Source: an uncultured Planctomycetota bacterium (GTDB lineage Bacteria; Planctomycetota; Planctomycetia; Isosphaerales; Isosphaeraceae). From it: 64,000 nt of DNA. The DNA lies in contig CAVTTN010000002.1 of the NCBI GenBank assembly GCA_963737655.1, positions 4,064,001 to 4,128,000 on the forward strand, in the 5' to 3' direction. The position numbers were made by a program, and so were the translations under genes. The notes below the pieces were generated by a model that was not told where the DNA came from, made no database searches, and saw only the letters and a program-made list of their open reading frames with translations. The first letter of the stretch is position 1. The number at the start of each line of letters is the position of its first letter. Below are positions 20,201 to 29,753 of this stretch, in pieces.

Positions 20201-20517
20201 TCGGCACGGGCTGAGGAGATCGACGCCCTGATTCATGGTGCCTCGCTTCCACCACGGAGCGAGTCTCCGTTGATTCAGCAGGAGCCCGAGCCCGGCGGCG
20301 AGGCAGACAGGACTCATCGAGTTGTGACGTTCGGTGGCGCGATTCGGTGTGATCGACCGAGTTATCCGTTAGCCCTTGCGCTGCCGGAGCGGTGCCATGG
20401 TTTCGATTCCACTGTACTATTGTCGCCCTCGGGACGTGAACGGCTACGGCATTTTTCGACTTCGACTTCTTCGAGGTATCCTGCGCACACGGCGGAAAAT
20501 CCGGGATCGAAGAATAA

Positions 20518-21801
20518 GGGCCTGGGATGAAATAAGCTTTACAACCGACCGTGGCCCTCGATAATCGGGTCATGGACACCGATCAGGAATTGGAACGCAA
20601 GTTTGTCACACTCTTCCCCTGCCTCGACGAGAGGCAGCGTCGCCTCTTCGCTGCCGCAGAGGCCCGAGCCTTCGGCTACGGCGGGATCAGCCGCGTTAGC
20701 CGGGCCTGCGGCCTCTCTCGCGTCACGATCCAGGGGGCGTTGGAGGAACTGGATTGCCCGAGTCCGCACCCCGGCCGAGTTCGCCGTCCCGGTGGCGGCC
20801 GCAAGAAGCTCCGCGACTCCTCGCCACAACTGCTCAAGGCCTTGGAGGAGTTGATCGCCCCCGAGACCCGCGGCGATCCGATGTCCCCATTGCGATGGAC
20901 CTGCAAGAGCACCCGCCAGTTGTCCGAGGCCCTGCAGAAGCGGGGTCTGACCGCGAGCTATCACGTCGTCGGGCAGATGCTCCATCATTTGGGCTATCGC
21001 CTGCAAGCCCCCGCCAAGACTCTCGAAGGCAAGCGGCATCCCGACCGCGACGCCCAGTTCCGCGACATCAACGCGACCAGCGGAAGCTATATCGCCGCCG
21101 GGCAACCGGTCATCTCGGTGGATACGAAGAAGAAGGAGTTGGTCGGCCAGTACGCCAACGGGGGCCGAGGGTGGCAGCCGGCCGGCGAGCCGGAGCGGGT
21201 CCACGTCCACGACTTCCCGGACCCGGGCGTCGGCAAGGCCATCCCCTACGGCGTGTACGACGTGGGCTGGGATCTCGGCTGGGTCAATGTCGGATGCGAT
21301 CACGACACGGCGGCCTTCGCCGTCGAGAGCATCCGCCAGTGGTGGCGATCGATGGGCGAGCAGTCGTACCCGGAGGCCGGCCGCCTGCTGATCTGTGCCG
21401 ACGGCGGGGGGAGCAACGGCTATCGGCTGCGGTTGTGGAAGGTGGAACTCCAGCGTTGGGCCGATGAGACGGGCTTGGAGGTGACGGTCTGCCACCTGCC
21501 GCCGGGGACCAGCAAGTGGAACAAGATCGAGCACCGCCTCTTCTCGCATATCACGATGAACTGGCGTGGACGGCCGTTGGTAAGCCATCGAGTGGTCGTG
21601 GAACTGATCGCGGCGACCAAGACGGCGACCGGCTTGGAGGTCGAGGCTCGGCTCGATTCGGGGAGCTATCCGACCAAGGTGAAGGTCTCGAAGGAGCAGA
21701 TGGAGCAAGTCCGATTGAAGCCTCATGAGTTTCACGGCGAGTGGAACTACACCATCGAGCCGGGGGACTCTGAGTTGTAAACTTTATTTCGTCCCAGGCC
21801 C
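20518..21801 (+). mobile_element. ISAzo13-family insertion sequence
   Basis: 28-bp terminal IRs (25/28, GGGCCTGGGA..TTTACAAC) flanked by a TAA duplication at 20515-20517 and 21802-21804. Confidence 0.92.
20551..21780 (+). CDS. ISAzo13-family DDE transposase
   Basis: LDERQRRL, RGDPMSPLRWTCKS, ISVDTKKKELVG, ADGGGSNG, PPGTSKWNKIEHRLF. Confidence 0.95.
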   Translation: MALDNRVMDTDQELERKFVTLFPCLDERQRRLFAAAEARAFGYGGISRVSRACGLSRVTIQGALEELDCPSPHPGRVRRPGGGRKKLRDSSPQLLKALEELIAPETRGDPMSPLRWTCKSTRQLSEALQKRGLTASYHVVGQMLHHLGYRLQAPAKTLEGKRHPDRDAQFRDINATSGSYIAAGQPVISVDTKKKELVGQYANGGRGWQPAGEPERVHVHDFPDPGVGKAIPYGVYDVGWDLGWVNVGCDHDTAAFAVESIRQWWRSMGEQSYPEAGRLLICADGGGSNGYRLRLWKVELQRWADETGLEVTVCHLPPGTSKWNKIEHRLFSHITMNWRGRPLVSHRVVVELIAATKTATGLEVEARLDSGSYPTKVKVSKEQMEQVRLKPHEFHGEWNYTIEPGDSEL

Positions 21802-22088
21802 TAACAATAAGACAAACAGCGGAGTGATCCATCCGCCGGGGGCAGGGAACCAAGTCTTACACTTTTCGCCGGAAATACCTGGATTGATAGCTTTGAAACC
21901 GGCTCGTCCTCACAACCGCTTGGGCGGTGTCCGAGCAATCCAACACCGGAATCTCCGGTGTTGGCTTTCGATGAGAGCCGAGGATCGGGAGTGTCGTCGT
22001 TCGGGACGATGATCCGTGACAACTTTTGTAACCTCGGAGACGGTCCGGGTGGGCGTCCCTTCCCACCCGATCGGCCGTTGGTCTGGCC

Positions 22089-22336
22089 CTATTTGTGGGG
22101 CTGGAAGCCGTAGTAGATCCTCGGCGAGTGGGTGAAGCAGAGCGAGCCCTTCACCCGGTCGCTCTTCCTCACGGCGACGACGAGGGGCGCGGCGAACCCG
22201 ATCACCTCGAAGTCCTCCTGAAGCTCGTCCGTCGTCCAGACCTGGCCTGCTTCGCCTCCAGGTACTCACGGCTGCCGGGCTGGGCGTTGACCTCGACGAG
22301 CATCTGGCGACGGGCGTCCTCGGTTGCGTTGGGCAT
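22089..22336 (-). pseudogene. Small conserved hypothetical protein with a 1-nt frameshift
   Basis: MPNATEDARRQML...LEAK / GQVWTTDELQEDFEVIGFAAPLVV..RKSDRVKGSLCFTHSPRIYY; SD GGAGG. Confidence 0.7.
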
Positions 22337-22423
22337 GACGATCCTCCGTTGTTCTGGGGCTGTGATCTCAACGTCGAATTGGGCGGTGTCCCGTGATTGG
22401 CTCCACGGGACACCGGGAGGGGC

Positions 22424-22732
22424 TCAGTATTCAGCCGGGGTGAGGATGCAGGTCGAGGCCCGGCGACCGTCATCCCCCACGGCCTCGGTGATCACCCAGA
22501 GCTTGACGCCCCGAGTCGTCTTGTAGGCCGACAGGAGCCTGCTCCCGTCGATCAGGGCCTCGTCGTTGAGCGACTTGTCCTCGGAATCCAGGTCGCCCCA
22601 ATCCCCCTCCAGGTGGCGATCCAGGAAGTCGGAAGGCTGCTGACCGCTGGCCTCCATCGCCTCGATCGCTCCGGGTGTGGCCACGACCTGGCCGGGGAGG
22701 AACTTGGGGCGGGAAGTCTCGATCGCACTCAT
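22424..22732 (-). CDS. Plasmid/ICE-associated conserved small protein
   Basis: FLPGQVVATPGA...FLDRHLEGDWGDL..ED...N..AL..GSRLLSAY...LWVITEA...TCILTPAEY. Confidence 0.85.
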   Translation of the reverse strand: MSAIETSRPKFLPGQVVATPGAIEAMEASGQQPSDFLDRHLEGDWGDLDSEDKSLNDEALIDGSRLLSAYKTTRGVKLWVITEAVGDDGRRASTCILTPAEY

Positions 22733-22832
22733 CGATTCGCTCCGATACGGGACGAGGGTTTGGTCACAACCTGTTGGGCGGTGTTCTCCGAGCCGGTCGA
22801 TTGACCGGCTCGGACCCATGCCGTTGACGACC

Positions 22833-23267
22833 TCACCAGTCTTCCGGCTCGTCAGGCTCCGTCATGCCGTGCCAGGAATCGGCCTCGTCCTCGGCGTCGA
22901 TCTCCGACCAGTAGTCTGCCAGTTCGATGGCCTCGTTGCGGGCACGGGCGTCGTCGCATCCGATCAGCAACTCGCCCCGGAATAGCATGCCGTCGTCGCC
23001 CAGGGCGTAGCCGACGAGGAACCGGCCCCGAGGGAGCCGGATCATCAGGGCAACCGAGCCGTCGTGGTATCGCCGGACCACCTCCGACCGGCACAGGAGC
23101 TTGACCTTGCCGCCCCACGACAGCAGGGCCGTCCTGCCCTCGTGCCTGCCGGTGTAGGCCGTGATGTTATGCCCGTAGACCGATGCCCCGAAGGCGGTGA
23201 AGACCCGGCCCTGGTGGTCAATGACCCCGATCTCCCCCTGGCCCCGTCGCACACAAAAAGTCGTCAT
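22833..23267 (-). CDS. Hypothetical protein
   Basis: ORF with SD GGGAGG and upstream motif. Confidence 0.7.
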   Translation of the reverse strand: MTTFCVRRGQGEIGVIDHQGRVFTAFGASVYGHNITAYTGRHEGRTALLSWGGKVKLLCRSEVVRRYHDGSVALMIRLPRGRFLVGYALGDDGMLFRGELLIGCDDARARNEAIELADYWSEIDAEDEADSWHGMTEPDEPEDW

Positions 23268-23339
23268 CGCTTGCCTCCCGTCGAGTGAGTTTGGTCGTCT
23301 CAACGGGTTCTTGGGCGGTGTTCACGGACCGGGGTCCAT

Positions 23340-24295
23340 TCATTCGGCGGACTTATAACGAGCCAGGACACGGAAGAAGCTCGCCCGGCTCTTCTTCGTG
23401 AGCCTCCTCCAATAGTTCTGCTGATCACCCACCGAATCGGGATGGCGATCGAGGGCTTGCTGGAGGCAGCGGAGATCCTTGTCCCTGGAGTCGATCCGGC
23501 GGGACGTGTCCGGCTTCCTCCCGAGAGTTTGAAGTAGGCTCTGGACGAGCGGACGCCAGTCGAGGCCCTCGGATCGGGCATACTGGACCTTGCGAAATGA
23601 CGGCTCCAGCAGCCTCATCGAGATCAGGCGGTCGTCGCCGTTCACCTGGATGTAGTCCACGACCTCCAGGCAGTCGTCGGGGCTCAGGGAGTGATATCCG
23701 CCCCGTGCGATCGACCTCATGAGTGCGAGGACTTCCTCCTGGCTGGCGTCCAACTCGAAGATGTCGCATCGGCTCAACACGGCGTTGAAGGCCGCATTCT
23801 TGCGGGGATCACATTGGCGGCGAAGATGATCCGGCTCTCGAACACGAAGGATGGCGGGAGGTCATCCAACCGGCTCGAACCGTAGCAGACGACCCGAGGG
23901 TCGCCCCAGAGGGCCGAGCGCAGGAGGCCGACGTGGGCCATCGAGCCGAACATGGAATCCACATCATCGAAGAACACGACCTCTTCCCGGCGATGGCGAT
24001 ATAGTGCCGCATAGAGGGCGAGGGGCGTGACGTGGCTGTTCACGAGGATCGGCGAAATCTCCCCCTCGGCGAGCGTCTTGAGGATCGTCCTCGACTTGCC
24101 CAGCCCCCCCTGCGACCCGTAGCAGAAGACGGCCGTAATGAGCCCTCGGGCCACGAGCCGGACATGGTGGCCGAGGAGGGCCTGCCGCTCCTCCAGGGCC
24201 GTCCTGGGCGGCTCGTCCGCCATCCCCGGCAGGACCAGGGACAGGTCGCCGGTTCGACGCTCCAGGTTCTCGCCAGTCGTGTTCGCCGATCGCAT
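23340..24295 (-). pseudogene. P-loop ATPase (MGE-type), frameshift near 23803
   Basis: YGSQGGLGKS, FFDDVDS, IIFAAN, then AVLSRC in the shifted frame. Confidence 0.75.
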
Positions 24296-24397
24296 CTGCG
24301 ACCCCCGTTTACAAATATTGGAAATCCCCGAGCCCTTGGGCGGTGTTCCCTGGACGGCCCCGGAACCGATTCGATTTCGGGGCCGTCCCTCACTGGT

Positions 24398-24979
24398 TCA
24401 GGCGACCGATTGGATAGCCGCCGCCTCGCCGGTCCTGCGATCGATGAGGCAGCACGACTCGCCAGGTTCGCTATCGAGGAACGCCCTGGCCTGGTCGAGA
24501 TGCGTGAACCCTCGGTAAAGGCGGCGAGTGGCCGTCTGGCCGTCGATCGTGGCCTCGCCCTTCCAGGAGACCTGATAGCAGGGGATACGAGCCTCGACCT
24601 TCCGCACCCACTCCCGGCAATCCCGCTCGAAGTCGCGGTCGTCCTCACGACCGGCCCCGTAAACGATATCGAGCCGGACCCGGCCGAGGACGTTGTAGGA
24701 CTCGGCAGCGACCTCCAGGGCGTAATCGGCGTGGTAGACGTAGAGGCTGGGGGCGCACTTGAGCCTGCGGCTGCGGAGGTACTGGCTCTGCTCGGTGCCG
24801 AACATGTGCCCGTCCCGCCACATCCTCTTCTTGAGCAGGTCGAAGCCCCGCCCGTTGAGGATCTCCCAGACGTTGTAGAGCAGGCGGGACTCGGCCCCGT
24901 ACCAGCCCGGAGCCGACCACGACTTCCTGCTCCGGTTGGGCCGGAACCTGGGGTCGCCCGGCTCCCGATAGACGATCAT
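24398..24979 (-). CDS. Hypothetical protein
   Basis: ORF with SD GGGAGG and upstream motif. Confidence 0.7.
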   Translation of the reverse strand: MIVYREPGDPRFRPNRSRKSWSAPGWYGAESRLLYNVWEILNGRGFDLLKKRMWRDGHMFGTEQSQYLRSRRLKCAPSLYVYHADYALEVAAESYNVLGRVRLDIVYGAGREDDRDFERDCREWVRKVEARIPCYQVSWKGEATIDGQTATRRLYRGFTHLDQARAFLDSEPGESCCLIDRRTGEAAAIQSVA

Positions 24980-25105
24980 GACTTCCTCCCGAGGGGTGTT
25001 TCTCACATCCCCATGGGCGGTGTTTTCGAGATGCGGCCTATCGAGGGAGCAGGGCTGACCTGAAGGGAGAGGATGGAGCGGCGGACATGCCGCCCCATCC
25101 TCGTC

Positions 25106-25516
25106 TCACTCGTCTTCCGACTCCGTGAACTTCCGAGGATCGACCCCCTCGTCGGGAAGGCCGTCGCCGTGATATGTCATAGGGAACGGCAGGTCGGTCC
25201 GCTCCTGGCCGTGGATCATGAGGTGATCGAGGTCGATGACCCTTCCCGACCCGTCGTGGTGGCGATCGTCCTCGGGATAATCGCCGAGGTCGGAGTCGGG
25301 GACGTGGATCCGATGGCCGTAGGTCTTGTCGTCGCTGAGTTCGTCGATGGCGTCCGAAACCGTGCCGGCCTCGACGACCAGGAAGATCGGGGAATAGCTC
25401 CCGCCGAGTTCGATCAGCCACGCCTTGCCGAACCACCCACCGGGATACAACACGGGGATGTCGGTCAGGTCATGATCGTGCATGCGGAACCGGGCTGTGA
25501 TTGTCTTCTCGCTCAT
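25106..25516 (-). CDS. Hypothetical protein
   Basis: MSEKTITARF...VVEAGTVSDAIDELSD; SD GGAG; upstream motif. Confidence 0.75.
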   Translation of the reverse strand: MSEKTITARFRMHDHDLTDIPVLYPGGWFGKAWLIELGGSYSPIFLVVEAGTVSDAIDELSDDKTYGHRIHVPDSDLGDYPEDDRHHDGSGRVIDLDHLMIHGQERTDLPFPMTYHGDGLPDEGVDPRKFTESEDE

Positions 25517-25710
25517 GACATCGCTCCCTGGGGTGTCTCGATCACCCCCCCCTGGGCGGTGTCCGGCGAAATCGGGGACTTGCACCGGGCGAAGTAGGTT
25601 CCCATGCCGGGGACGAGGCAAACGTCGTGGTCCTCGGCATCGCCGCCGCACTCGGAGCAGGTCTCGAACTCGAACAGGTTTTCCAGCCACTCCTCGGGCG
25701 TCTCGCTCAT
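25513..25710 (-). CDS. Small Zn-finger-like protein
   Basis: CSECGGDAEDHDVC...FARC; its 3' end reads through the next motif copy (DTAQGG). Confidence 0.7.
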   Translation of the reverse strand: MSETPEEWLENLFEFETCSECGGDAEDHDVCLVPGMGTYFARCKSPISPDTAQGGVIETPQGAMS

Positions 25711-25764
25711 TTTCGCCACTCCGAAGGGGGTGTTGTTCACACCCCCTTGGGCGGTGTGCGGCCC

Positions 25765-26487
25765 TCATCCGGCGATGGGCAGGAGTTGCTGGATCGAGTC
25801 GTAGCGAGGGATATCGGAGCAGGCGTTCTCGACGAACTGGAAGGCCGCATGATTCTCGACCTCGGAGGACGCCTGCTCCGGCGTCCAGTCGTGGCCCAGC
25901 ATCACGACGAGGGCGTACAGCTTGCGGAGGGTCGGATAGCCCATCGTGGGGTAGGTCCGATCCCAATCGAGCCAGGCATCCGTGCCGTCCCTGTAGGGAT
26001 TGCCCCGGAAGACCTCATGCCAGTAGTCCCGCCTCTCGTCCTTCGAGAAGTCGAACCCCTCGAACTTGAGGATGCCGAGGTAGCCGCCCTAGCGGCCCAT
26101 CCAGGTGTATGCGACCTCCACCTTGGTGCCGTCATACAGGTGGTCGTAGCAGTCCGAATCGGTGACGAGGTGGCAGGCGTCCTCCACACCCCACTCGAAC
26201 AGCTTGTCCCGGACCGCTTCGTACTTGGCCTCGTCCTTCCCCAGCCACTCGGGGTTGTCGAGCCAGGTCTCGCCGTCGCCGTAATAGCCGCCGCTGCGGT
26301 ACACCTCGACGAGATGCTCGAAGTCCAGATCGACGCCGTAGCACTTGACGTTGAAGGCGAAGTAGCTCCGGCCGTTGTGCCCGTAGGCCGAGTCATACCC
26401 GCCGACCGAGGCGAGGTAGGCGGCGATGTCGTTTCGTGACCGGAGCGGCGTCCGGTAGTGGGCGGGTTTCTTCGGTCGGTGATGCAT
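25765..26487 (-). pseudogene. Hypothetical protein with an in-frame TAG at 26089-26091
   Basis: ...YTWMGR*GGYLGIL... stays in frame to TGA at 25765. Confidence 0.7.
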
Positions 26488-26554
26488 GCTGGGGCTCCGA
26501 AGGGGGTGTTCTTCGCACCCCCTTGGGCGGTGTCCGGCCCTCGGCCCTGCGGGG

Positions 26555-27463
26555 TCAGCCCGTCAACCGCTGCTCGGCGGGCTCGGCGAAGGCCCGGTCC
26601 CAATACCTGTCCAGGTTCTCATCCGACCTCTTGCCCGCCAGGTAGTCGAGCAGGTAGGAGGCGAGCTTGTGGCCGGGGTCGGCGGGTCCGGGCTTGCCCT
26701 CCAGGAAGGCCCTCAGTTGCTTGAGGTTGCGGGGGACAGGCCCTCCCGTCCCCGTCGCCTCGTGGACCTCCTGACGCTTCTCCTTGACCTTGGCGGCGGT
26801 GATCTTGCCGCCCCCCTCGGCGACGGAATTGAACACGCCGATCCGCTTCTCAGGCGGGAGCTTGACCAGTTCCAGGGCGGCGGCGACCGGCGTCTTCCCG
26901 TGGGCCACGCTCTCCTGGATCACGGCGGGGAGCATCACGAGGTTGAGCAGATTGGCGATCCACGCCTCCGACCGTCTGAGGCGTCCCGCCACCTGCTTCA
27001 GCGTCAGGCCGTAGTCTTCGGTCAGCGAGCGGACGGCGTGGGCCAACTGGATCGGCCTGGGATCTTCCCGCTGGATGTTCTCGCTGAGATTGACGAGTGC
27101 CGCCTCGGCGTCACTGAGGCGGCTGACGACATATTTGACCTTGAAATCGGGGCACGTCCCCGACTCGATCAGCCAGAGTGCGGCCCGCATGCGGCGGAAA
27201 CCACCCACAACTTCCAGGCGGCGGTCGGGCATGGGTCGGGTGAGGATCGGGTTCAACTGCCCCGAAGTGCCCTCCTCGGCGTCCCCCTGGCCCTTCTTGG
27301 GCATCATGTCCCTGGCGAGTTCCATCAGGGCCTCATCGACGGGCGGTTCTTCACCGTTGCGGGAGAGGTTCTTGCGCCAGTCCACGATCAGGGCGGTCGG
27401 ATCGACCATGAAAACGTCGCTGCGGCTGACCTTGTGGTCGCCCGTCTCTGCGGTGAAGGCCAT
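26555..27463 (-). CDS. ParB/RepB/Spo0J-family protein
   Basis: GQLNPIL...VVGGFRRMRAA, NLSENIQREDP, HTH LTLKQVAGRLRRSEAWIANLL. Confidence 0.88.
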   Translation of the reverse strand: MAFTAETGDHKVSRSDVFMVDPTALIVDWRKNLSRNGEEPPVDEALMELARDMMPKKGQGDAEEGTSGQLNPILTRPMPDRRLEVVGGFRRMRAALWLIESGTCPDFKVKYVVSRLSDAEAALVNLSENIQREDPRPIQLAHAVRSLTEDYGLTLKQVAGRLRRSEAWIANLLNLVMLPAVIQESVAHGKTPVAAALELVKLPPEKRIGVFNSVAEGGGKITAAKVKEKRQEVHEATGTGGPVPRNLKQLRAFLEGKPGPADPGHKLASYLLDYLAGKRSDENLDRYWDRAFAEPAEQRLTG

Positions 27464-27526
27464 CGTCGTCTCCTCTGAGTAAAGTTGTCGGGGGTGTTGT
27501 TCACACCCCCTTGGGCGGTGTCTCGC

Positions 27527-28222
27527 TCAATCCAGCGGTTCGCATTCGTCGGCATCGACGAGGACGGCCCGACCCGAGTAGGACCACGGACCGATCGCCT
27601 CCGACTCGTCGATGGCGACGATGACGGCCTCCTCGGCGTTGCTTTCCTCTCCGGACGGGCAGCACCGGATGACCTTGCCGGTGCCCTTGAGCCGGTCACC
27701 GCTCGGCATCCTCGCCTCGACTCGCACGGGGCCGCCGGGCCGGAAGGCGTCATCGTCGTCGGGATCGTCGTCCGGTTTGCGGGCCTCGGACTCGACCACC
27801 TCGTAAGCCAGTTGGGCGAACTCGGTGAATTCGGAATGGAAGGGCGAAGATTCGATGTCGATACCGAGCTTGGCCTCGGCGATCTCAATGTTCTCGTCGT
27901 AGTCGTCGGCGAGTCCGACCCCGTGGCCCCGGCATCCCATCAGGATGGAGTAGAGGGCGTCGGCCCACTCGTCCTCATCGATCTCCATCAGGGTGAACAT
28001 CTCGCCGACGCTTCGGCCCCAGGCTCGGGCCAGGTCGGCGACGTAGGGCCGGATCAATTCGAGGAGCTTGTCCGAATCCTGGTCCGGGCACACATCCGTG
28101 ATTTCGGTCCCGGCTGCGAAGGAGAAGCCCGCCTCCTCCCGTGCCGACGCCCACTCGGAAGCAAAGAAGCTCTGTGCGGCCTCGGCCAGCACGTCGTCGG
28201 ACAGTTCGATCGTCTCGCTCAT
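27527..28222 (-). CDS. Acidic hypothetical protein
   Basis: ORF with SD GGAGGT and upstream motif; D/E-rich. Confidence 0.7.
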   Translation of the reverse strand: MSETIELSDDVLAEAAQSFFASEWASAREEAGFSFAAGTEITDVCPDQDSDKLLELIRPYVADLARAWGRSVGEMFTLMEIDEDEWADALYSILMGCRGHGVGLADDYDENIEIAEAKLGIDIESSPFHSEFTEFAQLAYEVVESEARKPDDDPDDDDAFRPGGPVRVEARMPSGDRLKGTGKVIRCCPSGEESNAEEAVIVAIDESEAIGPWSYSGRAVLVDADECEPLD

Positions 28223-28273
28223 GGTCACCTCCAGGGGGATGTTGTTCGCATCCCCCTGGGCGGTGTCCCCGGA

Positions 28274-28879
28274 TCACTCCTCGATCGGCGTGAATCCGAG
28301 ACCGACGAAGGCGTCCCGCATGTCGCTTTCTTCCGGGTATCCTTCCCGATCGTCCCGGTTCTCGACGGCCCGCTGGTTGTGTTCCCAGAACCACGAGAAG
28401 ACGGCGGATTCCCAGCCTTCGGGAAGTTCGTACTCTCGCTTCAATCGCCATGCAGCCTCGCCAATGTTCTCGATCGTGGCGTCATGCTCCTTCCGGGAAG
28501 ACGCCTCTTCGTCGAGGATCGGGTCGTCGGCCATTCGTTCGGCGAGTCCGTGGTAGGTCTTGAACGCTTCGGTGATCTCGCCGTCCCTGAAGACCCGGAT
28601 TGGGACGCCATCGACATGGCCGACCGCCCAATGCCCGTGACTCTCGAAAACCACGTCGGGGTCGTCGTCCTCGCTGAAGGAACTCATAACTCCGGCGATG
28701 GTCTCGGCGTTGCTCGTGTCGAGGAGGTCGCTGTCCCGGTAATGCGTGTAGAGGACGGCCCACGAGTCGGGGTCGTCGATATCTCTGGCTCGTTCCCAAT
28801 AGAAGCAATCGAACCCCCGCCAGTTCCCCGCCGCTCCCTTTGCGGCGTCCTCGACCGTCATCTCGCCAACCATGTACAT
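28274..28879 (-). CDS. Acidic hypothetical protein
   Basis: RDSDLLDTSN...GHWAVGHVD...DDPILDEE; SD GAGGT; upstream motif. Confidence 0.75.
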   Translation of the reverse strand: MYMVGEMTVEDAAKGAAGNWRGFDCFYWERARDIDDPDSWAVLYTHYRDSDLLDTSNAETIAGVMSSFSEDDDPDVVFESHGHWAVGHVDGVPIRVFRDGEITEAFKTYHGLAERMADDPILDEEASSRKEHDATIENIGEAAWRLKREYELPEGWESAVFSWFWEHNQRAVENRDDREGYPEESDMRDAFVGLGFTPIEE

Positions 28880-29008
28880 GGTCACCTCGCGTTGGGTCGT
28901 GTTTTCACATCCCCTTGGGCGGTGTCCGTTGGTCGGACGGTGGACGCCGGTTGAATTGCCTGCTATGGTCGCCGCTTCGCCACTCCCCGCCCCCTGCGGA
29001 GCCCGACG

Positions 29009-29662
29009 ATGGAGATGATGGCCGAGCGGCTCGACCGCCTCGAACGAAGCTGCCGCCGCTGGAGGTGGGCGGGGATTGTCTTCGCCCTCCTGGTCGGCAC
29101 CCCGATCGCACTACTCTTCGTCGCCTTGCTGATGAGCGACGGGATCAACGAGACGAAGGGCCTCATCGTCCGGGACAAGGACGGGATGGCTCGCATCGAT
29201 TTCGGGACGTATCCGAGCGGCTCGCCCAGGATGGGACTCCGGGGCCGGGACGGGAAAGTCCGTCTTGAGTTGAGCCTGAACGATGCGGATTCCCCGACGA
29301 TCAGGCTCAACGACAAGGACGGGAAGGGTCGCCTCTCGATGAACATCGATGATGACGGGCCGACCGTGAGGTTGAACGACAAGGCCGAGGTTTCCCGGCT
29401 ATTGCTGTCCGTCGCCGAGGACGACTCGCCCGTCATCGGCCTGAAGGGCGGGAACGGAGACTTCCATCTCTGGATGCGTGCCGACCCCGATGGCACGTCG
29501 AGGATCGATATCCTGGACAAGAACGGGAAGCATCGCCTGGCGATCGCACAAGGCAAGGACGGCGAACCGGCGATCGGGCTGATGGACATGGACGAGAAGC
29601 TCCGGTTCGGGATCAGTCTCGACAAGGACGGCAAGCCGGTAATCACACCGTCACGGCCCTGA
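29009..29662 (+). CDS. Membrane-anchored protein with ~22-aa beta-type repeats
   Basis: ERLDRLERS..RWR + TM, then repeats of the type P.I.L.DKDGK.RL. Confidence 0.75.
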   Translation: MEMMAERLDRLERSCRRWRWAGIVFALLVGTPIALLFVALLMSDGINETKGLIVRDKDGMARIDFGTYPSGSPRMGLRGRDGKVRLELSLNDADSPTIRLNDKDGKGRLSMNIDDDGPTVRLNDKAEVSRLLLSVAEDDSPVIGLKGGNGDFHLWMRADPDGTSRIDILDKNGKHRLAIAQGKDGEPAIGLMDMDEKLRFGISLDKDGKPVITPSRP

Positions 29663-29753
29663 GATCCATGTCCTCGATAACCTGGGCGGTGTCCGTTGGT
29701 CATCTCGACGGAAGGCCGGGGCGGCATCGATGCCGCCCCGGCCTCGCTATCGA

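Larger units (their letters stand above)
17435..20447 (+). mobile_element. IS66-family element apparently carrying a WD40 passenger gene
   Basis: Terminal IR GTAGCCGTTCAC (17435-17446) / GTGAACGGCTAC (20436-20447), 18/22 when extended; no 8-bp TSD. Confidence 0.65.

Noticed and set aside
25740..25760. Resemblance of CCTTGGGCGGTGT to lambda CI/Cro operator half-sites
   Set aside because: Only half-site-like with no matching symmetric half in most copies and no lambdoid genes; treated as coincidence
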